NCBI RefSeq assembly: GCF_006345805.1 | Contig: NC_043000.1 | Location: 66,402,001 to 66,466,000, forward strand | Direction of reading: 5' to 3' | DNA length: 64,000 nt | DNA from: Octopus sinensis | Taxonomy: Eukaryota | In this document: positions 12,110 to 21,648 of the stretch, in pieces | How the letters are laid out: the number at the start of each line of letters is the position of its first letter | Position numbering within the stretch: position 1 is the stretch's first letter | Notes under the pieces: generated by a model | Database searches by the model: none | Seen by the model: only the letters and a program-made list of their open reading frames with translations | Told to the model about the DNA's origin: nothing | Translations under genes and position numbers: made by a program

Positions 12110-12360
12110 TATAACTGGCACACTGTCAATTGTGACAATGAGGGTTCCAGTTGATCAGGTCAACAAAACAGCCAGCTTGTGAAATTAACATGCAAGTGGC
12201 TGAGCACTCTACAGAAATATGTACCCTTAATGTAGTTCTTGGGGAGATTCAGCATGACACAGAATGTGATAAGGCTGGCTCATTGAAATACAAGTACTGC
12301 TCATTTTCGCCAGCTGAGTGGACTTGTAAAAGGTGTGTGATATTAATATTGAATGTACAA
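12110..12360 (-). mobile_element. SINE body (family also at 57990-58150 and 63485-63660)
   Basis: GGTTCCAGTTGATC...GTGAAATTAAC.TGCAAGTGGCTGAGCACTC.ACAG...GCCAGCTGAGTGGACT block; the plus-strand copy at 63485 shows a tRNA-like head. Confidence 0.55.
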
Positions 12361-13073
12361 GATCTGAGTTGTCTTTTGTCTGCTGGGTGTGTAATGTTAA
12401 CTATAATGACTAGCATGAGTGAGCTGATATAATAGCCGAGTGGACATCAAAGATATTGGCTGATGTATGCAGAAGAGATGACTACACTAAAATGGACATA
12501 CAATGTCAATTGATGAATGCTGAATGTGAAAAGGTGAACAAAAAAGGCTAATAAAGACAGAGGTACAAAACGAATAGCAATATTTCTAAGGCTGATCTGC
12601 CCAACTCATAATGGCATGGAAAAACAGATATTAAGATAATTCTTTTTTGGAATGGTGTATCTCAAAGCAGATAAAACTATAAATAACAGCTGGTAAATAT
12701 TAGATGAAAATATCCTTTGAATAGGAAAAGTTGAAGGTTCCCATGGGATCTACATCTCAATGAGAGGTGTTCTACTATTAGACTAGAGCAATCCTTTGAA
12801 TTTCTCTTTACTGCAGATATGGTTTCAAGTCCCACTGGCAGCCTTTGACTTTTTCTATCCATAGGGTTTTTTAACCCAATATTTACACACTATCATTTAT
12901 AGTTTTATTTACTTCAAGATCCAGTGTTCCAAAAAAGAATTATTTCACGTTCTCCCAAAGTTTATAAATTCTTATAATTTTAAAGTATTAAGACGATAAT
13001 TTATCACATACGAAATCATAATTTTTATATGAATGGTAGAGGACTAATAAAATATGTTAAATATGATTACTAC

Positions 13074-13208
13074 CTTGGCTGTCAATCACATTCCTTAAAG
13101 TAAAGTGTGCCTTGAGGCCAATACCACCTCGTGATATACAAGTTCCAACAAATTTGTTTTTCTTCAAGGGAGCAAATTGATCAGCAACTGTAACTGCCAT
13201 GATACTTC
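13074..13208 (-). CDS. MRPL19: MRPL19 exon 4
   Basis: [G]SIMAVTVADQFAPLKKNKFVGTCISRGGIGLKAHFTLRNVIDSQ[G] (L19 core F.G.CI.R.G.GL.A.F.LRNVI). AG/GT boundaries, 135 nt, phase 1->1. Confidence 0.95.
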
Positions 13209-13557
13209 CTGTCAATAAACCACAAGTGAAACAGTAGAATCTGAGGAAAGTAGTGGTGATCTGCATCAGAAAATATTAAAATATCAGAGTCAAAATGTTC
13301 ACAAGGAATAGGTTAGTCTGCCACGGGAGGAGGAGAGATCTCATGCTTCTCAAGACAAACTAATTATACATAAATAGGTTCAGGTATGGTTCAGTGATGT
13401 AGTTTTAGGTTCAATACCACTATATAGTACCTAAATATCTTCTACAACAGAGTTGAGTTTATTAATGCCTTGTAAGTGAAATTTTGCAGACACTGTGAGA
13501 AAGCCAGTCATATACGAGTGTGTGTGTGTGCATGTATGTAATATATATATATATATA

Positions 13558-14797
13558 CGAGGGGTGTTCAATAAGTAATGCCCCTGACCCACTTCCCATA
13601 GCAGTAGAGCAACGACACTTGGCACAGTTATTAGTCTTTTCCTACATAGGAACTACCCAGAGTTATGCATTTCTCTCATCGTTTGATACAGCTCTGGAGA
13701 CCGTTTTTGTAGAAGACCCCAGAAATCAAGGCTGCATCATCTGGGAAACGCTTTCCTTTCAAAATCAACTTCATGGCTGGGAAGAGGTGAAAATCAGAGG
13801 GTGCAAGGGGAGGAGTTTATAGCTGCACGCCTGTGCTTCTGATCTGGCGACACGCGAGTTGTGGACCGGAGCGTTGTCCTGCAGGAGGAGGATGCCTTTG
13901 CTGATCTTGCCCCGCCTCTTGATTTTGATAGCTTCTCTTAATTTCCTCAAAAGTGAAGCATAATAGGCTCCTGTAATTGTGGTACCCTTTGCCAGGAAAT
14001 CTGTCATCACTACTCCGTCCTGGTCCCAGAAGACTGTGAGCATAACCTTGTCAGCGGAGGGCTGCACCCTTGCCTTCTTTGGAGGAGGTGAGTCATGGTG
14101 CTTTCACTGCATTGACTGGGCTTTGGTCTATGGATCATAGTGATGGACCCAGGTTTTATCCTGTGTGATCAGTCTTTTGAAAAATTTTGACTCATCTTCT
14201 TGGCACATCTCCAAATTCATCCTTGAGCACTCAATGCGTTCTTGCTTCTGGAAAGGTGTGAGCAACCTGGAAATCCATCTGGCAGACACCTTTTGCATAT
14301 GCAAATGGTCATGAATGATAGTTTCCACAGACCCGGTACTAATCTTGACCTTATGGGCTATTTGGCGAATAGTTATGCGTTGACTTTCCAAAATGGCAGC
14401 CTCAACTTGACGGACAGACGTCTCATCAACGGCAGAACGGGGCGACCAGATCTGGGAGCTGTTTCCACAGAGTTCCGACTATGTTTGAATTCACAATGCC
14501 AGCGTTTCACAAGGTCATATGATGGGGCATCATCACCATAAGTTACTTTCATTTCATCAAAAGTCTCCCGTGGTGTGCGTCCTTTCAAATACAAAAATCA
14601 GATCACTGCTCGACACTCAACAAGCTCCATTTCACACTTGACTCAGTTCAAACACCTGTAAATCAGAAACCACAATTAGTTCAGAGCTGTAATTCGCCAC
14701 TTAATCTATAGAGGTATAAATAAGTGCACATGCAAAATTTCAGCTAGATCAAACAACTGCAAGTGGGTCAGGGGCATTACTTATTGAACGCCCCTCG
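13558..14797 (-). mobile_element. Mariner DNA transposon with both TIRs, transposase frameshifted
   Basis: TIR CGAGGGG(T/C)GTTCAATAAGTAATGCCCCTGACCCACTT at both ends, TA on each side. Fragments YLKGRTPRET..., ITQDKTWVHHYDP, KVMLTVFWDQDGVV, LLLQDNAPVH. Confidence 0.93.
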
Positions 14798-14846
14798 TAT
14801 ATATATATATAATTCAAAACAATTTGATTTGAATTCCATGCTACCC

Positions 14847-14943
14847 AGTTTTAAAGCCCCTAATGGAGCCTATCTTCTCAGGCTGGTGAGAATCTGAATC
14901 TCACCAGCCTGAGGGGATAGGCTCCATCAGGGGCTTTGAAACT
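14847..14943. repeat. 97-nt fold-back palindrome (45-bp arms, 7-nt loop)
   Basis: 14847-14891 pairs with 14899-14943: 41 Watson-Crick pairs, 3 T.G and 1 A.C on the plus strand. Confidence 0.9.
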
Positions 14944-15140
14944 TGAAATAGATATATATTGGGTAGGTAAAAAGGTTCATAGCGTTTTCAGTTGTTTAAT
15001 CATGTGATCTGTTTTATCACATGACAGGAACATATATTACATATATTTTCTGAAAGAGGAGATCTCAACGCATTTTCCTATTTGAATTTTGTGTGGATTA
15101 TTTACTTCTGCTGTTCTAAGGATAAAATTGAAATGAAGGA

Positions 15141-16281
15141 GCAATAAACACTGAAAATGTGCAGAGAACTTCCACCACATTCCAGGGAGAAAAACTAGAA
15201 GTAGTTGATAGCTTCCCTTACCTTGGTGACCAAGTCAGTAGGGGGGAGGGTGCGCTGGAAGTGTAGCTGCTAGAATAAGAATAGCCTGGGCACAGTTCAG
15301 AGAGCTCTTACCTCTGCTGGTGACAAAGGGCCTCTTGCTCAGAGTAAAAGGTAGACTGTATGACGCATGTGTACGAACAGCCATGCTACATGGCAGTGAA
15401 ACACGGGCCGTGACTGCTGAGTACATGCGTAAGCTCGCAAGGAATGAAGCCAGTATGCTTCGATGGATGTATAATGTCAGTGTGCATACTCGACAGAGTG
15501 TTAGTACCTTGAGAGAAAAGTTGGACCCAAGAAGCATCAGATGTGGTGTGCAAGAGAGATGACTGTGCTGGTATGGTCATGTGGCGAGAATGGACGTGGA
15601 TAGCTGTATGAAAAAGTGCCACACCCTACTGGTTGAGGTAACCTGTGGAAGAGGTAGACCCAGGAAGACCTGGGATGAGGTGGTGAAGCATGACCTTAGA
15701 ACATTGGACCTCACCAAGGCAATGACTAGTGACCGGGACCTTTGGAAATATGCTGTGCTTGAGAAGACTCAGCAAGCTCAAGTGAGACCATAACCTTGTG
15801 GCCTATGCCAGGGGTGTAACCAGCCCACTTATGCATACCTTTCCTCTATTGGACACTAAACTCTGCTTGCGAAGACCTGTTGAGGCAAGTGAAATCGGAA
15901 TCAGAACCGAAATCAAATTCGACGACTGGCATCTGTGCTAGTGGAGTGCTAAGAGTACCATACGAGCATGATCGTTGTCTGAGCAACAAGCTGGCCTCCG
16001 TGCCAGTGGCACGTAAATAAAACACCATTCAAGTGTGATCACTACTTGTGTCGCCTTACTGGCACTTGTGTTGGTGGCACATGAAAAAATATTCAAGCAA
16101 GGTCATATAAAAGGCACCACTACATTCTCGAAGTGGTTGGCATTAGGATTGGCATCCAGCTGTAGAAATTCTGCCAGATCAGATTGGAGTCTGGTGCAGC
16201 CATCTGGTTTGCCAGTCCTCAGTGAAATCGTCCAACCCATGCTAGAATGGAATACGGACGTTAAATGAAGATGATGATGAT
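15141..16281 (+). mobile_element. 5'-truncated RTE LINE (C-terminal ORF, 3' UTR, (GAT)n tail)
   Basis: FQGEKLEVVDSF...TKGLLLRVKGRLYDACVRTAMLHGSE...CGRGRPRKTWDEVVKHDL, near-identical to the minus copy at 25726-26350. Confidence 0.92.
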
Positions 16282-16289
16282 ACAACGTT

Positions 16290-17215
16290 TTGGGTGCATA
16301 AAATAGTACACGAGTGTATATACTCAAATGTAGTTTTCTTTATTCAGTCCGTACTCTTCCTTGGACTTATGAAAATGTTCATTTTCTGTCCATAGTTTGA
16401 AGAAAGGGAATATTTTGAATTTTCTTTTCCTACATTTTTCGGCGTGTTCACTGCAAGTTGTGTTTCTAATTGAGGGGTCATGGATTTGTTTACGTATCCT
16501 TACTCTCTCATATAGTCCAATGCCTGTTTCACCAATGTAGTATTCCTTGCATTCAGGGCATGTGGCACAGTAAATTAGGTTTCTGGATTTGAAATTCAAA
16601 TTTGCATTTATTTTTAAAATGTCTTTAAAAGTAATGTGTTCTCCTTTTTCAATGTAATCACATTCCACAACAAAGGTTACCACATTTTTGAACTCTCTTT
16701 GTTGCTTCACTAATTGTAAATCTTGCTAGAGTTAAGAGCTTTTTTAGGTTGGGTGTTTGATGTCTTATAAATTATTTTTGAATCCGTTATTAATTTGTTC
16801 ATTTTTGATGATTGTTGAAGAACTGGGAGGTATCTTTTTGCAGTATTGATGAAGTTGTAATTTCTTGGGTTGTGCGTGATGACAAAAGGAAAGCTTATGA
16901 GTTCATATTTATCTTTGTGTGCTCATTTTTCCTCTGAGGTCTGTAGTTGGGATGTTATTTTGCTTTGGTTATTGCTGTGTCAAACTAGTGTGATAATTTT
17001 GTTCTTTTAGAAATATTTTAATTCCTGTAATCTTTTATCCCTTAATTCTACATCTATTACTATAGTGCAAATTTGTTTTGCCTTATCAAATGGTATGTTT
17101 CTTTTGGTATGTGAGTGATGGGAGAAATTAAAGTTCAAATATTGGTGTGTGTCTGTACGTTTGTAGAAGAGATCTGTTTTTATGGTGTTATCTTCTTTAA
17201 TTAGGACTTTACTTT
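16290..17215 (-). mobile_element. Penelope-like element fragment (RT C-terminus plus GIY-YIG endonuclease)
   Basis: NLIYCATCPECKEYYIGETG...SEH (GIY-YIG) in ORF 16324-16710; upstream KEDNTIKTDLFYKRTDTHQYLNFNFSHHSHTKRNIPF is typical of the PLE RT thumb. Confidence 0.85.
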
Positions 17216-17299
17216 TAGCTTTATTTCCTTTTTTTCTCCTTCCACTTCATCTACTTCTTCTTATACACACATGCTTTTGTATTCTTGTATTGTTTAATA

Positions 17300-18554
17300 T
17301 TGGGTCATCCCATAAATAATGCGTTTTTTTTATACATCTTTTATTTTTCAAAATTAAGATAAACAAAGTTCTTTTTTAATCTAAAATATACTCTCTGGTA
17401 AACTTGCAAAGCCTCTCTTCCAAAATTCATTTTCCATGACAAAAAAAATACTCCTCCAGTACTGTTCTAACCTTGTCTACAGAATTCATATTTTTCTGTC
17501 CAAATGATTTTGAAGATTGTGGAATAAATGATAATCAGATGGAGCAATGTCTGGCAAATATGATGGGTGGGGCATCGTTTCCCATTTGAACAGCTTCACC
17601 CTTTGGAATGTTATCCTCACTGTATGTGGCAAAGCATTATCGGGACACCTGCGTTACCGTTTGACAGACGTACCACCCCAGTCAAACTCCCCAACTGACA
17701 CTGTTCTCAACTAAGGGTCACACAGAAAGAACACCTTCCATGGTCGTTTTTCTTTTAGTGCAGACTTAACCACTCAAGCTGCTGGCAGTAGATTTTTGTT
17801 GTTTGGTTTAAAAGTTCAAAGTGGACTAAACCTTTCATATTTCACCAAACAGATAACACCATACGTGGGTGAAGACCTCTTTTAGCCTGGGATGCTGGTG
17901 TTTCTCTTTTCCCTACACACTGTCTTTATAGAGAACACATTTCTTGTCACCAGTCACTATTCGGTCTAAAAAAAGGTTCATTTGTGAGATGTGACAGCAA
18001 AGAAGAGCACACATTCACTCTGAGTGATTAGACTTGGAAAGTTTGTGAGGAACCCACTGACCCAATTTGTTCACTTTTCTGATGGTATGCAGGTGTCGAT
18101 GAATGATTGAATGACCAAATCCAAGCTTCTCTGTTAGTTCCTCAACAGTTATGATGGGATTTTGTTCCAGTAGGCTTTGCAGGACATCCTCGTTGAGCTC
18201 TACAGATCACCTTCTCGGCTCTAGTTTCTGGAACTACTGTTGACATTGGCTTACCCTTATTGTCCAATCCCCATATATTGCATTAATATTCCTCTCACTT
18301 TCCATTGCATTGTTGCCTTTATTGAACTCATAAAGCAAAATATGCCAAATATGCTCCTTTGTCACTTCCATTATAGCTTTGAAAAAATAACTGTTAAAAT
18401 CCAACTGCACTCTTCAAAACTTGCACCAAGAATAAGGACAAGGTAAAATTACTACCTGCTTTTATAGCAAGTTGATGCAGGTAATTTATTTCCTCCCCCT
18501 CCAACTTTTAGTTCATGCAATTGAAAAAACTGCTTTAATTATAGGATGATCCAA
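17300..18554 (-). mobile_element. Second mariner, full length but decayed, with TIRs
   Basis: TA|TTGGGTCATCCCATAAATAATGCGTTTTT at 17300 and its imperfect inverse ending 18554|TA. ATG at 18371: MEVTKEHIWHILLYEFNKG...; later FLDRIVTGDKK, YCQQL, DNA.PH, PHPPY-like remnants. Confidence 0.85.
17642..17724 (-). rRNA. 28S rRNA fragment (non-functional; P-loop/helix 80 region) inserted in the mariner
   Basis: Minus strand GAGAACAGTGTCAGTTGGGGAGTTTGACTGGGGTGGTACGTCTGTCAAACGGTAACGCAGGTGTCC matches the conserved eukaryotic LSU GGGGAGTTTGACTGGGGCGGTACA.CTGTCAAACGGTAACGCAGGTGTCC. Confidence 0.88.
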
Positions 18555-19213
18555 TATATATTTTTTGCTATTTAATCAACCAGTAAAACACGTTTTTCAG
18601 TTTGAAAATGGCTATTTGAAACTTGAAACTCGTACCAGAGTAACTCACTGTAAACATTATTATTAAAGTAAATTCACCCCAACCCAATCACCTCTACTCA
18701 TTTCTTCAAATATGTGTGTGTGTGTATATGCATACATACATGTCTAATTAGCATACAGTTGGCATCCCAAACAAGTTTAATCTGTCAGGATTTTTCTTTT
18801 TTTGTTTTACAAATGTAGATTTTAGTATAACTGCTTTGTGATTTGATTGTTACTATACTGGTCATTTATGGATAAGCTAACACTTAGAAAAAAAGAAATT
18901 CAAATGATATTAGCTAAACCAAACCCATTAAGGCTGTGCCCCAGCATAGCCACAGTCCAATGACTGAAACAAACAAATAAAATAAAAGATACTTATGCGA
19001 ATATATTTCGGTTGTTAAATGATCTAGTCATTAAATAGGTTTTCATCTAATCAATTTTGTAATTACTATATTTTTAAAACTCATCTCTACAAAAACCAAA
19101 AGAAAGTAATTTACAAATAGCACTCATCACTAAGTTGTACAGGATAAATTGCTTGATAAGAATTTATCCTCACAAAAGAGAATAATGAATATCAAACATT
19201 TTTATATATTTAC

Positions 19214-19338
19214 CAACATAGAATTCAGGAACACGAAGAACATTTCGTCGTTTGTACATATCTAAACGCTCTAATTTTTCTCTAATTCTATCCCTGACCA
19301 TCGAGTTAGGATGTGGTAGAAACTCTGGATACACATGC
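19214..19338 (-). CDS. MRPL19: MRPL19 exon 3
   Basis: [R]HVYPEFLPHPNSMVRDRIREKLERLDMYKRRNVLRVPEFYV[G]; 125 nt, phase 2->1, canonical sites. Confidence 0.95.
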
Positions 19339-19435
19339 CTAAAATGTAGCCAAAAAAAAATATTATCACGACATTTTCAGTTACATAAAAGTGAAAATTT
19401 TGCAACATTGTTCCTATAGAATAATGATTAATTAC

Positions 19436-19586
19436 CTGTATTCTCCAACTTTAACTTGATCGCTCTGTACTGGTAACTTTTTATCTGTTTTTACCTGATC
19501 TTTTGATAACTGTGATTTCCTATAATCTTCTACAACTTCATTCTTCAAGGAATATCGCCAAGGATCTGCATGAAGTCTTGATACAC
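19436..19586 (-). CDS. MRPL19: MRPL19 exon 2
   Basis: [G]VSRLHADPWRYSLKNEVVEDYRKSQLSKDQVKTDKKLPVQSDQVKVGEY[R]; 151 nt, phase 1->2, TTTAG/GTAATT; joins exon 3 in frame. Confidence 0.85.
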
Positions 19587-20961
19587 CTAAATAGAGTATT
19601 TATATTTTCAAAACAAAAAAAAAACAACTAATTTCTGTAAATAATTTTCAATTTACTTTACATGAAAAGAAAGTTAAGGTAAATTATCATAAATTTGTCA
19701 TATATTTCATCTGCTGTATAAATTTTTTTTACCCATATCATAATAGGCAAAATGAAGAATCAAACCTAACATTTAGAAGCAATCTTAAGTTCTAAAAACA
19801 GATAACCATGTTACAATTTTCAACAAAAATAAATTTGTAAAACTTAACAGAATACTAAATTTGCATAAAAATTAGTCATCTTCTATAATAATAAATGCCA
19901 AAACGAATTTCTGTGCGTGTCAGTGTATCACACTATGACACACTCTCTCACTATTCAATGACACTTCTACTATTCCTCATGTTGGGGTGAGAGTAATAGT
20001 AGGCATAGAGACGGTGAAGGCGTTGGTACATTGATGGTTGTGATGGTAATGGGGTGATAGTAATAGTATGAGCTGTGGTTGTGATAGGGACGGAGGTGAT
20101 GATGGTGGTGGTGGTGGTAGCCGAGGTGGTCAGGGACGACGGTGATAGTAAGCGATGTGAAAGACAGTGGTGATAGTGGTGCAGGGGAAGGTGGCGAAAT
20201 CAAAGGTATTGATGGTGGTAGCGTCAGAAGTCTGAATAGTGTGTGTATGGCAGTTGTGGTGGTACTGGTGATAGTGATGGTTGAAAATAACAGAAAGAGA
20301 GAGAGAAAGAAAGAGGTTAGATAGAAAAAAAATGTACTGACGCCTCCAAATGGGAACACAAAAAATGTTTATCATGCAGCTTTTGAAAAAAAAAATTTTT
20401 TTTTTCCATATTCGTAATCTCCGACATGTAAAACCTAGGAATCCAAATGAACTTTTCCAGAAAAATGCATTTTTTAAGGTGAGGTGCGAATCTACATTAG
20501 CCCCCATTTTCCCATGCTGGTATCAGTTGAGCGAAACTTTTTGAAGCAGTATTTTTAAATGCAAACTCGTGCTTGTTTGCAAGTACGGTACTTTATTCTA
20601 TGTTACTGCATCTCGGGCTACCGAGATGTTGGACTATTTTTTTAAGCTTAGAAAATTTCCTTTTGAGTAGTGGCCGCAAACTGAAGAACTGGCATTATAT
20701 ATTTAGCGCTGACCAGTACATTAGCTCTTATGAAAATAATTCTGGTACACTAGCTCTTATGAAAAAAAAATCGTAACAGTATTAGTGAAGTTGATGTACA
20801 TATATGAAATAAGATAATAATGTAGAAAATAATATACAAATAGTTAAAAATGAAGCGAAATTAAAACGGCGGTGTCCTTGAAGTGTCCCCTAAGAGACTT
20901 TAAAAATTAAAAGAAAACAACAAAATTCTTTTTGAAAGTATGTAGAAATATTTATACATAC

Positions 20962-21004
20962 CTCTGCAAGGGTTTCGGATAAGTTGTCCTAAAAATTTGG
21001 CCAT
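20962..21004 (-). CDS. MRPL19: MRPL19 exon 1 (start; mitochondrial presequence-like)
   Basis: ATG at 21004, MAKFLGQLIRNPCR[G], donor GAG|GTATGT. Phase 1 matches exon 2; total CDS 873 nt = 290 aa + stop. Confidence 0.75.
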
Positions 21005-21171
21005 AGGGTGAAAAATATTATAAAATTACAGGAAAACGTCAATATAGCAATAAGACCTCGTCGTAGACTGACATAGAGCTTTACGGTGTAATATTTTTAT
21101 TGCAGCCGGTGTGAAATAATTCCGAACCATATATTATAATTCCGTTCATGTCTCGAATGCATCATCTGAAC

Positions 21172-21458
21172 TCGTGCTACTCAAACTACCGGCAATTTTT
21201 TCCCCAATGTGCCAGGGATCGGTAATTTAAATTTATACCGGGAACAATATATAATGAATATGATAAAAGTTGACAATTTTTTTAATCTTCTATTTATTTT
21301 GTAAACAAATAATACAATATTACATAAGCATTTCCCTTACGGGGGTGTCACATTATGTTGACAGTATACAACCACTTTATGTTTCTTTTTTTTCTGGAAA
21401 CTCACCGCATACTGGCAGCTGATTGATGGCTCGCGGACCACCACTTTGAGTAGCACTG
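21172..21458. mobile_element. hAT (Charlie-like) MITE 1
   Basis: Ends TCGTGCTACTCAAA ... TTTGAGTAGCACTG (TIR CAGTGCTACTCAAA); 8-bp flanks ATCTGAAC (21164-21171) and ATCTAAAC (21459-21466). Confidence 0.7.
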
Positions 21459-21466
21459 ATCTAAAC

Positions 21467-21648
21467 CATGGGTTCCCAAACTTTTTAGACCATTGACCCC
21501 TTCATGGAATCCTTGACCCCCTCATCGATCCCTGGGCATGTACAAGGAAATAAATAATAATAATAATTAAGTAGATGAGCATTTATCAACCCCTTGAATA
21601 GTCCCATCGATCCCAGGGGGTCGATATCGACCACTTTGGAGACCCCTG
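21467..21648. mobile_element. hAT (Charlie-like) MITE 2
   Basis: Ends CATGGGTTCCCAAACT ... ACTTTGGAGACCCCTG; 8-bp flanks ATCTAAAC and ATTTAAAC (21649-21656). Confidence 0.75.

Noticed and set aside
19970-20359. His/Thr/Pro-rich ORFs, and similar HT-, IY- and D/G-rich ORFs at 7194, 32950-33216, 53580 and 54530-54848
   Set aside because: Translations of microsatellites and low-complexity DNA.
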